From Octopus vulgaris (lineage: Eukaryota), in assembly GCA_951406725.2 (NCBI GenBank), contig OX597821.1, forward strand, positions 82,460,001 through 82,524,000: a DNA stretch of 64,000 bases, read 5' to 3'. Below, piece by piece: positions 27,313 to 40,166 of this stretch. Positions within the stretch are counted from its first letter, which is position 1, and the number at the start of each line of letters is the position of its first letter. The notes beneath the pieces were generated by a model that was given only the letters and a program-made list of their open reading frames with translations, did no database searches and was not told the origin of the DNA. A program made the translations under genes and the position numbers.

Positions 27313-28222
27313 TTTGACTTTTCCTTTATTTTTTTTTTTAACATTAATGGACTTCAGTTTCTGTCTACCAAATTCACTCACAAGGTTTTGGTCAGCCCAG
27401 GGCTATAGTGGAGGACACTCATCCAAGATGCCACATTGTGGAAGTGAACTTGAAACCAGATGATTGGGAGCCAAGCTTTTCAACTACACAGCCATGTTTA
27501 TTATTTAGTGTCCATACTTCATGCTGATATGGGCTGAGTGGTTTGATAGAATCCAATGGTACCAAGGACTGCATTGAGCTCCAGTATCTGCTTCCACACA
27601 ATTTCTATGGCTGGATGCCCTTCTTAATTCCAACTACTCTTCCTAAATAAAAGCTACCTTATCGAATCATGCTGACTCATAAGGGCCAGTTTCATGGTGT
27701 ATATATTTCCCACCTAGAGTAACATGAAATGAAGTGTTTTGCTCAAGAACACAACGCGTCACCTGGTCCAGGAATTGAAACCACAGTCTAACAATCACGA
27801 GTCCAACACTCTAACCACTAAGCCACATGCCTCCACAGCACTCCACAACCACTCTACAGCATGTGTTGATTACTTTTTTTCATGCCACCAGTACTAGTGA
27901 AGCTGACATGCTGCTTGCAAGACTATGAACCCCGAGGCAGTAACTTTAGGTTTGGATATGAGGAGGTAAAAGTAAGGGGCCAGAGTAGAATAGGTTTCTT
28001 GCAGTAAAAGAGCCACATGATGACTCACAGTTTAGAAGAGTGGGCAGGAATGATTGAGTAGACTTAGAAAGCAGTAAAAATAATGATTATGAGGTGTCTG
28101 AAGGGCATTCAGGGTATGAGCTGGGTAAAAAGGATTGGGGTAGAAGGACCAGTAATGAGTAGGGGCTATGTGTGTATGAATATATATGTGTGCAAGTGTA
28201 TGAGTGTGTACATGTTCATGTG

Positions 28223-28253
<31 letters not shown>

Positions 28254-29204
28254 TTCATTTAAAGTGCTTCTTAACTTCTGTCTCTTTTACTGACATTAAA
28301 GTTTTGCAGTTTTATGTTTTCTACTGCAGAAAGAAAATTAATAATAAATCAAGATAAAACTCCTGTATGAAATTCAAGATCTAATAATTTTTTCTCGCAG
28401 TTAATTCAGCAATAATTTTCATTGAAATAAAACTTAATAAAATACTGTATTTCACAGTTTTATCATAATTGGAATACATAAAAACATGAACCAACAAGGT
28501 AGTTTTTATGTGGTCACAGGAGCTACCATAAGTAGTAGACAAATCTCCTTTGAATTCCACCTATCTTGAAAATATCATATAATTTGATACACTATGTTTG
28601 AAGAAAGGACAGGATGGTTATGGTTGAAAATACCTTCAGATTGGGCCAACCTGGTGTTAAACAGTAGCAGCAACACAAAAATATGACAAAATAGGAGGAA
28701 CTCTAAGCAGTACATAACCTGCTGGAAACAGCAACTTAATTTCATTTAAATCATATCCTTCCTGTGAAAAACAGGAGCTAAATCTGCCTTAAATCATGAA
28801 CTGTTAACTAGAAATATGAGCAATGTATCACAACACAGGCTACTATGGCCACCACACCAAGTACCACTAACAATGTTGAGTCAATGATACAGCCTCTACA
28901 TGGTTGCTTAGCCTTCTAAGAATAGCAACCAAATCTCCCTTCAGTCACATCCTATAATCTCAGGAAAGAAGAACACATTAGACAATGAGATTCCACCTCT
29001 GCCACTTTTCTTATATTCACCTTCTGATAACTTGAGGGTACGCCCCATCACATCTTCCTTTTCCAACTGGGGTAACCATGTAGCTCCCCTACAACAAGAC
29101 ACCTGTCCCCATCCCTCTATCAAATTTAGCTTCTTATCCCTGGTATAAAACCTCCTCTCTCAATACTACATCCCACTCAGTTGAGAGGATTTTTTCTTGC
29201 AGGT

Positions 29205-29425
29205 TACTCTGTGACCTCTCTAGTGCTGGTGCCATGTAAAAAGCACCCAATACATCTGTAAAGTGGTTAGTGCTAGGAAGGGCATCCAGCTGTAAAAACT
29301 ATGTCAAAGCAGTCACTGGAGTTTGGTGCAGTCTTCTGGCTCACCAGTTCCTGTAAACTGTCCAACCTATGCCAGCATGGAATAACAGACATTGCTGCAG
29401 ATGCTGCTGCTGTTGCTGTTGATGA
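29205..29425 (+). mobile_element. Old RTE LINE 3' UTR
   Basis: GCTGGTGCCATGTAAAAAGCACC and GGAAGGGCATCCAGCTGTA motifs. Confidence 0.7.
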
Positions 29426-29534
29426 GGAGGGGGAGAGGAGGGGAGTGGGCAAAGATAGGAGGGGGGAAGGGAAGGGGAGGGGGAATGGGGAGAGGGGCAA
29501 AGAAGAGGAGGAGGAGGGGCAAGGGGGAGATAGT

Positions 29535-29692
29535 GGAGGAGGAGGAGGACGACGACGACGATGACAACAACAATGATGATGACGACGACAACAACAACGA
29601 CAATGATGATAACAATGACAATGATGATAATGATGATGACAACGACGATGACAACGATGGTAGTGGTGGTGGTGGTGGTGGTGGTGGTGGTG
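29535..29692. repeat. Mixed trinucleotide (GGA/GAC/AAC/GAT/GGT)n tract
   Basis: Directly visible. Confidence 0.9.
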
Positions 29693-29841
29693 ATTCTAAG
29701 TAAGCTGTGCCTAGGAAAAAGAAGGGATGGTCACCACTAGAGGGCCTTTGAACACAGGTCAACTCAATCAGAGTTGACCTTAGGCAAAATAACAATAACA
29801 AAAAAAAATTAAATAAAAATAAACAAAGAAAATTCCATTAC

Positions 29842-29850
29842 CTCGCATTT
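29842..29850 (-). other. Candidate 9-nt microexon (AAATGCGAG)
   Basis: Minus strand TTTAACAAATATATTTCTCTTCATACAG|AAATGCGAG|GTAATG: branch-like TTTAAC, pyrimidine tract, CAG acceptor and GAG|GTAAT donor; length is a multiple of 3. Confidence 0.35.
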
Positions 29851-30544
29851 CTGTATGAAGAGAAATATATTTGTTAAAGTATGTCATTTAAATCATAATT
29901 ATCTGATATCTTAAAACATCGTTTGTTATATTTTAGTTTTATTATTCTTCTCTCTATATCAGCTTCTTTCTCAGAGATATTAATGTAATTTCAATTTTAA
30001 AAACAATTGTACTTGTATGGATTCTTCCTAAAATTAATACTCTTATCAAATTCTTAAAAGCTTAAGTTTTTAGCAAGAATTTTAATGCAAATACCGTTTC
30101 TGCTACCTCTTAGCAAACAATATCTTAAAACAGAAAACTGATTTTATTCATTCTTTATAACCTCTTTCACTTCATTGAACTATGTATACAGGCATATGTT
30201 AACACCATAACAAAACGTTAATTAATGATGTTGATGATGATAGTGTTGTTGATGATGAGGATGAGGATGAGGATGATGATGATGAGGGAGGAGAAAGGGG
30301 GTGATCGTAATAATTATAATGGTTTCTAATTTTCTAAGAATAATAATTTATAACAGATAATGATTTTTGTAATAATAGTAATTGTTTTGAATTTTAACAC
30401 ATGGTTAGCGATTTTTAAAGGAGGGAGTCAGCCGATAACATTGACACCAGTGCTTAACTGGTACTTATTTTATTGATCCCCCAAAGAGAGGAAGAGTAAA
30501 GTCGACTTTGGCAGCATTTGAACTCAGAATAAAAAGAATTGCAT

Positions 30545-31125
30545 ATATGTATATGTATATATATGTGTGTGTGTGCTTGTTTGTCTGTGTTTGACCCAAC
30601 CAACATTACTTGACAACCAATGCTGGTGTGTTTACATCCCTGTAACTTAGCAGTTCAGCAAAACAGACTGATAGAATAAGTACTTGGCTTACAAAGAATA
30701 AAGTCCTGGGGTCGATTTGTTCAACTAAAGGCAGTGCTCCAGCATGGCTGCAGTCAAATGACTGAAAGAAGTAAAACAGTAAAAGAGCCAGAAGAAATGC
30801 TGCTGAACATCTTGTCTGGCACAGTAATGATTATCCCAGCCTATCAGTCTCTTTTGCTGAACTGCTAAGTTATGGGGACGTAAACACACCAGCATCGGTT
30901 ATCAAGCGATGTTGGGGGGACAAACACAGACACACAAACATATACACACACATACATATATACAACAGGCTTCTTTCAGTTTCCATCTACCAAATGCACT
31001 CACAAGGCTTTCGTTGGCCCGAGGCTGTAGTAGAAAACACTTGCCCAAGGTGCTACGTAGTGGGACTAAACCCGGAACCATGTGGTTGGTAAGCAAGCTA
31101 CTTACCACACAGCCACTCCTGCACC
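30545..31125. mobile_element. Two family A SINE parts in opposite orientation (3' part on +, 5' part on -)
   Basis: 30582-30674 is the approximate reverse complement of 30841-30932; SINE head on - at about 31050-31122. Confidence 0.8.
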
Positions 31126-32151
31126 TATAACTAACTTAGGGACAAGGACATTAATTCTGGTGGAAGGAGACCGTTGTTTTGAGAGACACCAATATTTAAC
31201 TAGTGGTTATTTTAGCAATACCAGAAAGATTAACAGTAGAGTTGACATTAGTAGAATTTAAATTCAGAATGATAAAGCAGTATAACTGAAGAGATACGAA
31301 ACATTTTGGCGCTGCTTATTTGGCCCTGCTTATTTGGCATCACTGATTCAATGCTGACTTATTTGACATCAGACACTGTTATGTTTCATTCTCTTTGTGT
31401 TAATGTTTGGATGAAGAGGTGGTGGAGGAAGAAGGATGGGGAGAGGATACAGTATGAAGGAGAGGAGGAAGAAGAGGGAATGACAGAGGAGGCTCATTCC
31501 AAAATGAAACAACTGTCCATTGAACACCTCTTTCCTTTTCTTTTCTTTCTTTTTTTCTTTTTTTTTTTTTTTTTTGAAGCTAGACTGACAAACCTGAGAA
31601 GAGTTAAACAGTCATCCAACTGCAGCTGACAGAAAACAACTGATAAGAAATTCGAACTCACAGCCCAGCCCAGCCCTGAGATGAAGGAAGGATAAACTGT
31701 GATGAAATGGGGACTGATTGATTGACAAAGTCTTTACTGTGGCTATGGTAACTTCACATTTGCTTCCATGATAAAAAAACACAACACCTGGTTTAAAGTG
31801 AAACCATGTCAATTTGACAATGGACTGAACAGAAAAAAAGCAAAAAAGGGCACCTCCACATTGCATCATATTAGGTCCATTACTAAAATTTGTCATCTAT
31901 AATTAAATTATTTCAGTCAGGTTAATGATTAATTAAGGTATTAAGTGACAACTACTGAATTGGTCACACCTGAGATGCTCTGCAAGCCACCCATCAACTG
32001 ACAATTACCTAGGTAACAAATTAGGTTACTTGATACCAGACAGAATATCACTTTGGCCTGGTCAGCTCCATCTACTGAGTCAATACTTTGTACAATGCTG
32101 CTCACATCACCAAGACAATGCTGTTAGACATTCAATAGACTGTACAGTAGA

Positions 32152-32358
32152 AGGCGGTGAGCAGGCAGAAACGTTAGTATGCCGGGCGACTTGCTTAACG
32201 GTATGTCATCTGTCTTAACATTCTGAGTTCAAATTCCACCAAGCTCAACTTTGCCTTTCATCCTTTCGTGGTCGAATAATTAAGTTGTGTACTGAGGGTG
32301 ATCTAATCGAATGGCCCCCTCCACCAAAATTTCAGGCCCGGTGCCTAGAGTAGAAAAG
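32152..32358 (+). mobile_element. Full-length family B tRNA-derived SINE with target-site duplication
   Basis: B-box GAGTTCAAATTC; flanked by AATAGACTG(T/G)ACAGTAGA at 32134-32151 and 32359-32376 (18 bp, 1 mismatch). Confidence 0.9.
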
Positions 32359-33835
32359 AATAGACTGGACAGTAGAGAGTATACAACATAATCAGACTAC
32401 ACGGCATATCAAAGTATGCAATATGGTTCTAAGCCAGGCAGAGGTATGGTTGATACCACAGATCTGTGTCATACTTAGTTGATCAGTTGATCGATTATGT
32501 GCCTGGAGCAATACAACAATATCCTTGCTTGCATCCAAGAGAAGGTTTTTCTTTTGATTGACAAACATTTACTCATCAGGATTCCATCACTTGTTCATTA
32601 ATGTCCCGGTTCTTTACTTTCAATTCTATAATTACTTTTGTAACCTCTGAACAATCTAACTGCATACCTTCTCCACTAGGGTCCACTCTACTCACCCTCT
32701 TCCCTGCTGACCGCTCCCTTACTGTGGTTCATCTACCAGATTCAGCACTAAACATTTTTCAATTCTCCCTCCCCAGTAAAACTCTAAAAGACCCACCCAC
32801 CTGTTTTTCCAACTTCAATCTTCTACGTAAAGATGCTGAAGTCCTGGGTATGATGTTAAACTGCATCCGGTAGTGGGGCCCTGGTTTGGGAGTTTCAGGA
32901 TTTTGAGGAGTGTGTAACAATCTCTTAACTACTATTGTCCCCCAAGCCCACTCTGACACAGAGTAGTAACACCTGTCAGAGGGTTAACTATGGGTTAACT
33001 AGCAGGTCACAGAATTGCATCTAGAACAAGGTCACTCACAAACACTCCAACAGATGTAAAGCAAATGAGGCCCTTCAGCTCTTTAGCTGCTCCATCTAAG
33101 AGAAGGTAACTCCATACAAATCCTGCATCCTGATAACTACTGGGCTCTGGGCACTTGTTGCATCAGACCAACACAAGTTTGGAGGACAAGAGAGTGGGAC
33201 TGGCTCTGTGCAAACCATACCTGATATAATAATAAACCTCTGCTTCCTTGTGGGGTAATTCATTGAGCATTTAAAAAAAGGCTAAAGAATCAAACCCCTA
33301 TAAAAAATTCAGAGAGAGGGATTTAACCAATGTCTGGTATCCCTTTGTGGCTCCATAGATACAATGAATGTACTGACTTGTCTTTTCTTTGTGGCATATC
33401 TGTGAGTGGTGAGTGGGTAAGTGTACATGGGCCAGGCACTTGCTTCTGGAAACAGCCCAGGCACAGTAGTGGTGGTTCAGTTCCTGTGTCTGCAATATCA
33501 TCAAATAATGATGGAAAATGCCAACCAAATGTGTTCAGGTTAAACAAAGGCCAAACCAATGATATCACCATTCTGGTCAGGGTTAATGCTTCTCCATCTT
33601 TCAATAACTTATAAAAAGACAAATTTTCATTTCAGTTTTTGTAAGCATTCAGTAATTGTGAGACAAATCTGTCATCCAAGGAAGGATGCAAGACAATCAC
33701 AAGTATTATTCCCAAAATTGATGTAAAGTAACAGAGGTGCACAGAATAAAGTATCTTATCTAAAACTCTATGAATCATTTGCAGTATATATGAAAACAAA
33801 TTTCTAAAAGTTTCTATATCACATTGATACATATT

Positions 33836-33870
<35 letters not shown>

Positions 33871-33966
33871 ATATATATAAATCTGAAGATTAAACATGCT
33901 AGACCACTGGTTTTAAATTGATATTAATCAAATTAATATTCAATTTTTCACCCTCATTTTAAATTT

Positions 33967-33998
<32 letters not shown>

Positions 33999-36214
33999 AC
34001 GGACAGAGTCAAGACTATTGAAAGAGGAGTAATTTTGCCCTAGAGGCGATGCCTTTCAATTGAGCAAACTCAAAGTTGCCATGCAAACTCGCTATCGCTT
34101 TTAACATAGATGTGCATATTTTCAGCGATTAGAAAGAAGCCTTATGTAGCATTATCTTCAACCCACAAACAATTGAGTCAGAAAGATGTCAAAATTGATT
34201 TTAATTATAAAAATCTATTCTAACTACATGTTAAATACCATAAAAAATTCAGAATACAAATTGGTAGAAAAACATGGAACGATTTGAGTGGAAACATGAG
34301 GGGTAAAATCATTAAAAATTTTTTTAATTGTTTAATTTGTTTGTAGCGGTATCTGATATCCTCACTGTTTGAGAGACACAACAAGAATGATCTCGTTTGA
34401 GATTACGGTCATCTTTGGCTGGGTTGTTCCTGTTGTGTCAGCTGATCTGATTGGTTGACATGTAGCGCAGTTTATCTCTACTTTATTTCACGCTACTATC
34501 CAAAGCCAACTAATCACGGCCTTAGGACAAGGTCACATGACACAGTCTTTTGGATGTTCTTCGGGAGCCTCTAGAATGCTTTAAAAGGCCTCAGAATTTA
34601 CCATTCCAGGCCTTTGGTTTTCGGCCATTGACCACACCACCACAGAGCAACCAGTTCCAGCGACGACCACACCAGCCATGTTCCTGCTACACCAGCAACG
34701 CAGGACGTCTCCACCATCGTCGCCGTTCTCTACCGTCGCCTTCACCACTGTCGACCTCAACGATATGTACACAGCAACTCGCTCAAGTTTAGCTTACTCG
34801 CTGTTCGTGTAGACACACCAAGATTAACAGCACAACTCTACCGGCGAGATCTTCTGTACCGATGTAACCTGGCAAATGGATCGAAGCCCCAACTTCTACA
34901 TGCGTAGTAACTGCTCTCCTCTTTGCCCCAACTTCATGGACACAGAACGAACTGCTATTGTGTACCTTACGAACTGGTATTTATTTCTATTTGGTGTCTG
35001 GACATTTCTATTTGTTCTCTATGTTCACTCTTATAACACACACATACACAAACACTTGTTGCATGCACACATACACAACACAGGCTAGCACTCACAACCA
35101 TCTAACCTTAACACCTTGTAAATAAAATCTTATTTCCTCTAAAACAGTGGAACGGCTTGTCGTCATTCATTTATATTCTATTGGAACTGTTGTATAAGTT
35201 GTATTATGGCTCATCTTATTTTGTTAGGGATGCGACCGTGTGGCTTACAAAGGAGACCTATGTTACCAACCTCCTCACATACGGTCGTATTCCTACATGT
35301 TCCTTGTTTTGTTTTGAGGACTGTTTTTCTGAAATGGTCCCTTTCCTTTGGTAGGGTTGCTAAATATATGTTAAAAGCAAACAGAATTATTTGAGTGTTA
35401 TGTGAAAGAGCTTCTGTTAAAGAACTTACAAAGTTACTCTTTTGACCGAAAGGACGGCGGCCACCAGAGTTTGCTTAGTTCGGGACATGAAAAATAAAAA
35501 TCCCGATCAATTATTTAATACATATAATATATATACACACATTGCAACCTTGTATGTATATATGTGTGTGTGTGGGGGGTATAGTTGAGTTGTTTTTTGT
35601 TAAACACGTATTAGAGTACAAATAGAGCTCATTCACCCTTAGAATTCCTAAATAGCCGGTAGTATTATTATGGTATGCTACCAATTCTAGTCTTAGGTAT
35701 TCCTCGTGTCTCTTCCTTTTGACTCCTTTACTTTTTACTTTGTGTGTGTGTGGAGAGAGAAAGAGAGAGGGAGACAGATAAACAGACAGACAGACATGTA
35801 GAAATATAGAAATAGCATTCCTGAAGATGACCAGAGAATGTACATATGCAAATGTAATGTTGAAGATAGAAAGACAAGAGATGAGAATAATTACCCAGGA
35901 AATACAAACTACTGTAGAATAGAATCTAAGAAGATGGTACTATGTCATACAACCACACAAATATATCTCGGATCACAACCAATGATTGTCAAAACTGAAT
36001 TTCCCAATATACTTCAACCACTCAGACACACTATTTTTTTTCATTCTGCTTCTATTTTCTGCTACAATGGTTTCTTCCTTTTTATACCAGCTGTTGTAAG
36101 TTCTTTATACTCTGGCCTTATCTATCATTCTTATTCTCATAGCCTTTGCTGTGTCTCAGCTCTCAAGAGCCAACAGTTTGTGTAGTTGTACTTCAACTAA
36201 ATTGTAAAAAGTAA

Positions 36215-36515
36215 AAAGACCCTCTTCGGTCATGAACGACCATGGGATCGCAGCTAGAAAGTTCCCCTCTGAGGCGAGGTTGTTTGTGGCAGACCAGAAG
36301 TCACCCATGCATACCAGTCTCCCCTCTCTACCCCACTGATATTGTCCAAAGGAAAGGCAAAGACCGATACAGCTTGGCACCTGTGATGTCGCAACTCATT
36401 TCTACAGCTGAGTGAACTGGAGGAATGTGAAATGAAGTGTCTTGCTCAAGAACACAACACACAACTGCTAATCAAAATCACAATCTCACAATTGTAAACC
36501 CGCTGCTCTAACTCA
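36215..36515 (-). mobile_element. Family C SINE
   Basis: Reverse-complement similarity to 14064-14375. Confidence 0.75.
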
Positions 36516-37801
36516 CCTACTAAACAGTGACCCTCTGGAAATCCCTCTGCAGCCACATTTTCTTTTCCTCCTCAGAGATCAACCCATAGGGAGGTCAAAC
36601 TGGACTATTGCAGCAGTGATGTAACAAGTCGAGATGTGAGGGAGGACCTTGCAGAGGTCATAACCATGTTGTAGTTTCTTTCACTCAGACAAACCAATAA
36701 ATAAAGAATTCATCACTAAAGTACAGAGATGTTTTGTCTGTCGTGGTTTGTTGTTATCATGATATGATGTGTTTTCCATTTCTTCTCTATGATCAGATAT
36801 AATAATTATTGATTCAATTAACATTTAAATTGAAATTACAGAAATAATACAATTAAGTTAAATTAATTAATTTTCTTTTTTTTCTGATAAATTTAAATTT
36901 AATTTCAGGATTAATTTAAGAATGAACAAAGAATATATATTATTGTTGTTTAGCCCCAGGTCAACCTGCCTAGAGTAAACATATGAACAAAGTATTCTAT
37001 CTATGACCATGCCTTTTCTCTTTCTCAGATATATTTAGGATTACATTATCAAAGAGTCTTGACCTTTCTTTAAACCTGGTAAACTAAGATGTGAAGGATA
37101 TTTGGGTGTTATTTCTACCAGGTTCAGCAACTATGTAGAGACTTCTTTGTTGGTTTGTACATCCCCTCTTTGCATTCAGTCCTTATGGTGGTGTGTAAAA
37201 CTACAACATTCCCAGTGCCCTTTCTTTTATATGGCTGTAAGGGTGATTTGATGGTCATTTGGATTCTATCTCTAGCAGACTAAGCAGGGACATACATGCA
37301 CCCACAGGTCAGACAGAATTTGTTAAAGAAGATAATCTATGGCCAGATACCCTTTCTGTTGCTAAACAGTACTTGTCTCAAAGTAAGGTAATATTCCCTG
37401 CTTCTGTTTCTCCACAGGAGACTAGAAATGAAGATCAAGGCTTTGGTTAATTCTCGGCTTTAGTGCTATAGGAGAAGACATTTATTCAAAGTACTGAATA
37501 GTGAGGTTGAATCAAAGTCCATATGGCTAGGAAGCTAGCTTCTTAACCACACAACATGCCTGCTTGGGGGCCCATTATAAACTATAATTGAACTGGGTGT
37601 TACTTTAACAATAAGTAAAGTTTTGTCAAAATTGTTTCACTGATATAGGCAGCAAGATGATAACAGACTGATAGACAGAAATTGCCATTTATGTATAAGA
37701 TGTCTGCATTCACAGTCTTCATACACTTATAGACAACCAATATTAAAAAATAATATTACTGAAATTACTTTGGAACATAAGTTGGTTACTTAACATTTTA
37801 C

Positions 37802-37838
<37 letters not shown>

Positions 37839-38101
37839 TCTCCCTTAATTGTTCCCATTTAACTGCTTGTCTGTTTTTACTAGTACTAACACTTTAGGGA
37901 ACTATCAACTGGTATTCACGATAAATTATTTACTAATAGTTAGAGCAAATGCATCACATGGCTAACCACATAGGGAGGGGGTGTTACTGTAGCTTTATAG
38001 CCCCAGGAGATCGTCGTCTCCAGCTGGCTTTAGACACCATTTCAGTGCCCTTGAAGTATTTGCAAAATGAGGCCATCCCTTCCTCGCAAGCCTGAGTGAT
38101 A

Positions 38102-38144
38102 CGCTCGGACTAGTTTCGGGATTTTTGTCCCTTGTTAACGGGCG
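38102..38144 (-). ncRNA. Hammerhead motif copy with a G5A core mutation (predicted inactive)
   Basis: Minus strand core reads TTAACAA instead of TTGACAA; otherwise identical to 38253-38295. Confidence 0.6.
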
Positions 38145-38252
38145 GTAACCACCAGGTCGCGATGAAAGAGAAGGCCGCCTTGCAAATATATAAGAGTTTT
38201 TCTAGTGACATCTGCTGGAGACGACGATCTCCTGGGGCTATCTGGTGGTTAC

Positions 38253-38295
38253 CGCCCGTTGACAAGGGACAAAAATCCCGAAACTAGTCCGAGCG
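38253..38295 (+). ncRNA. Minimal type I hammerhead ribozyme, U3-A8 core variant, palindromic stem III
   Basis: CGCCCG-UUGACAA-GGGA CAAAAA UCCC-GAAA-CUAG-UC-CGAGCG; predicted cleavage after C38289 (GUC). Confidence 0.75.
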
Positions 38296-39747
38296 TATCA
38301 CTCAGGCTTGCGAGGAAGGGATGGCCTCCCTTTGCAAATACTTCAAGGGCACTGAAATGGTGCCTAAAGCCAGCTGGAGACGACGATCTCCTGGGGCTAT
38401 AAAGCTACAGTAACCCCCCCCCCTATGTGGTTAGCCATGTTAAGATGGCTTCTATACTTTACATTATCGAGCGATTACTGTTTCAATCTCATTCTGAGAT
38501 TTAATAATATTTACTAATAGTTAGAGCAAATGCATCAATTGCTAAAGCAGTTCTACCTATTACTAGAGTAAATTTGTCAACTGTTGAAGTAATTTTGTAT
38601 ATTTCTAATACATTTTTCTATATTGTTTATTGTATTTTATTATATTAGCAATTCCAGCTCATCAGTTGGAGCCCATGCTGGAGTAACTCCATCAATGTTT
38701 TTTCCTAATTTCTTTCATTTCCACAGTCTTACTTTTCCACTGGAAGCTATGGTAAATGAGGGACTTGACCATTGCTGTCTTTGCTTGTGTTTCTTGTCAA
38801 TTCATAGGAAATTGTAAGGACAATATTTTTGTTCTTTAACTAAATGCATTTCCAAATTCTAGCCACTCAGCTATGAAGAACAAGTCATCCATGCAGACTG
38901 AGTTAAACAAAGAAATCTGCCTCAAATGATAATTGAGTAAAAACAACATTGATTAAATAGCTATATACTCATCATTTCCATGCTTACGTGGATTGGACAG
39001 AATTTGTTGAGCCAGATTTTTCTAGGGCTTTATACTCTTCTTGTTGCCAACCTGTTTCCAAGTTAGGTAGAATTTCTCCATGAAACAAAGGACACTCTAT
39101 GCATGACACTCACTTACAGCTAACAAAGACAAGGAAAAGAGACAGTAACACACACACACACACTTACACTAATATTTCAGTTACAAATTTCTGTATCTTT
39201 TTATCATTTACTTGTTTCTGTCAATGGACCGCTGCCATACTGGAGCACCATCCTGAATGATTTTAGATGAACAAATACCTTAGTACTTATTTTTTTAAAG
39301 CTTGCTACTTTTTCTATTGGTCTCATTTTGCTGAGCTTCTAAGTCACAAGGATATAAACAAACTAACATAAGTTGACAAGAGGTGGTGAGGTACAAATAC
39401 GAAGACACACACACACGCACACACACACACACATCTTTAAAATTCCTGTGCCTGTCATCCTCTACAAAATTCATGCTCGCATCACATCACAACATTGAGA
39501 CAAAACTATTTCACTTCAACTGGCTCTGCCCTCTTTAGGCGTCATACTAAGACACAAGAGGGAAGGTAAAGATCTCATGCCATGCAAACAGTTCCTGGAC
39601 AAATATCTCCAACAAATTCCAGATGCATTACCTACACCCAAATATATCTCTGCAAATAATAATTCTTAACTTGAATGGTCTGTGGTGGCCAAAGAATGAC
39701 TTTAATGTGAAACATCATTAAATATCTTTTCCAGGTGGAGTTATTTA

Positions 39748-40116
39748 CTGTATTTGATAGCTTATAAAATGCACCTGTGCATAGGATGCACCTGTGCATA
39801 GGATGCACCTGTGCATAGGATGCACCTGTGCATAGGCTATACTTTTGTAAAATAAATTACCACTAAAATAATGTTTTATCCTCTTACCTGAATAACTTTG
39901 TTATTACTAGTAATTATAAGCAATTTATTGCATCCATATTCAATATAAACATTCCATCGGTCATTGTTCACCAATAGATGGTAGCACACGTTTTGTAAAC
40001 ATACATACCTTTTTGAGCCAGCTTTGAGCCTACATGGTGTGCATTGGACGCAGGGGGGTTTTTAAAGTCATTTTTGGGTAAAAAAAAAGGTGCATCTAAT
40101 AGGCCATTAAATATGG
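39748..40116. mobile_element. pogo/Tc2-like MITE with 4 x 17-bp subterminal tandem repeat
   Basis: Ends CTGTATTTGATAGCTTATAAAATGCACC and GGTGCATCTAATAGGCCATTAAATATGG, TA flanks; (ATGCACCTGTGCATAGG)x4 at 39769-39836. Confidence 0.75.
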
Positions 40117-40166
40117 TAGTTAGTCACAGCCTGGACCAGTTCTGGTGAAAACTTGTCTTGGCATCT

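Larger units (their letters stand above)
37957..38507. mobile_element. Young Penelope-like element remnant: divergent inverted pLTR pair with a 30-bp flanking direct repeat
   Basis: About 200-bp near-perfect inverted arms (37957-38155 and 38242-38439); identical TATTTACTAATAGTTAGAGCAAATGCATCA at 37927-37956 and 38508-38537; a hammerhead motif in each arm. Confidence 0.8.

Noticed and set aside
29392-29703. Acidic/Gly-rich ORF resembling a nucleolin-like low-complexity protein
   Set aside because: Built from an RTE tail, a purine tract and trinucleotide repeats, with no splice support.
32560-33620. Possible very old LINE endonuclease/RT remnants
   Set aside because: Hints only; no diagnostic motif could be read reliably by eye.
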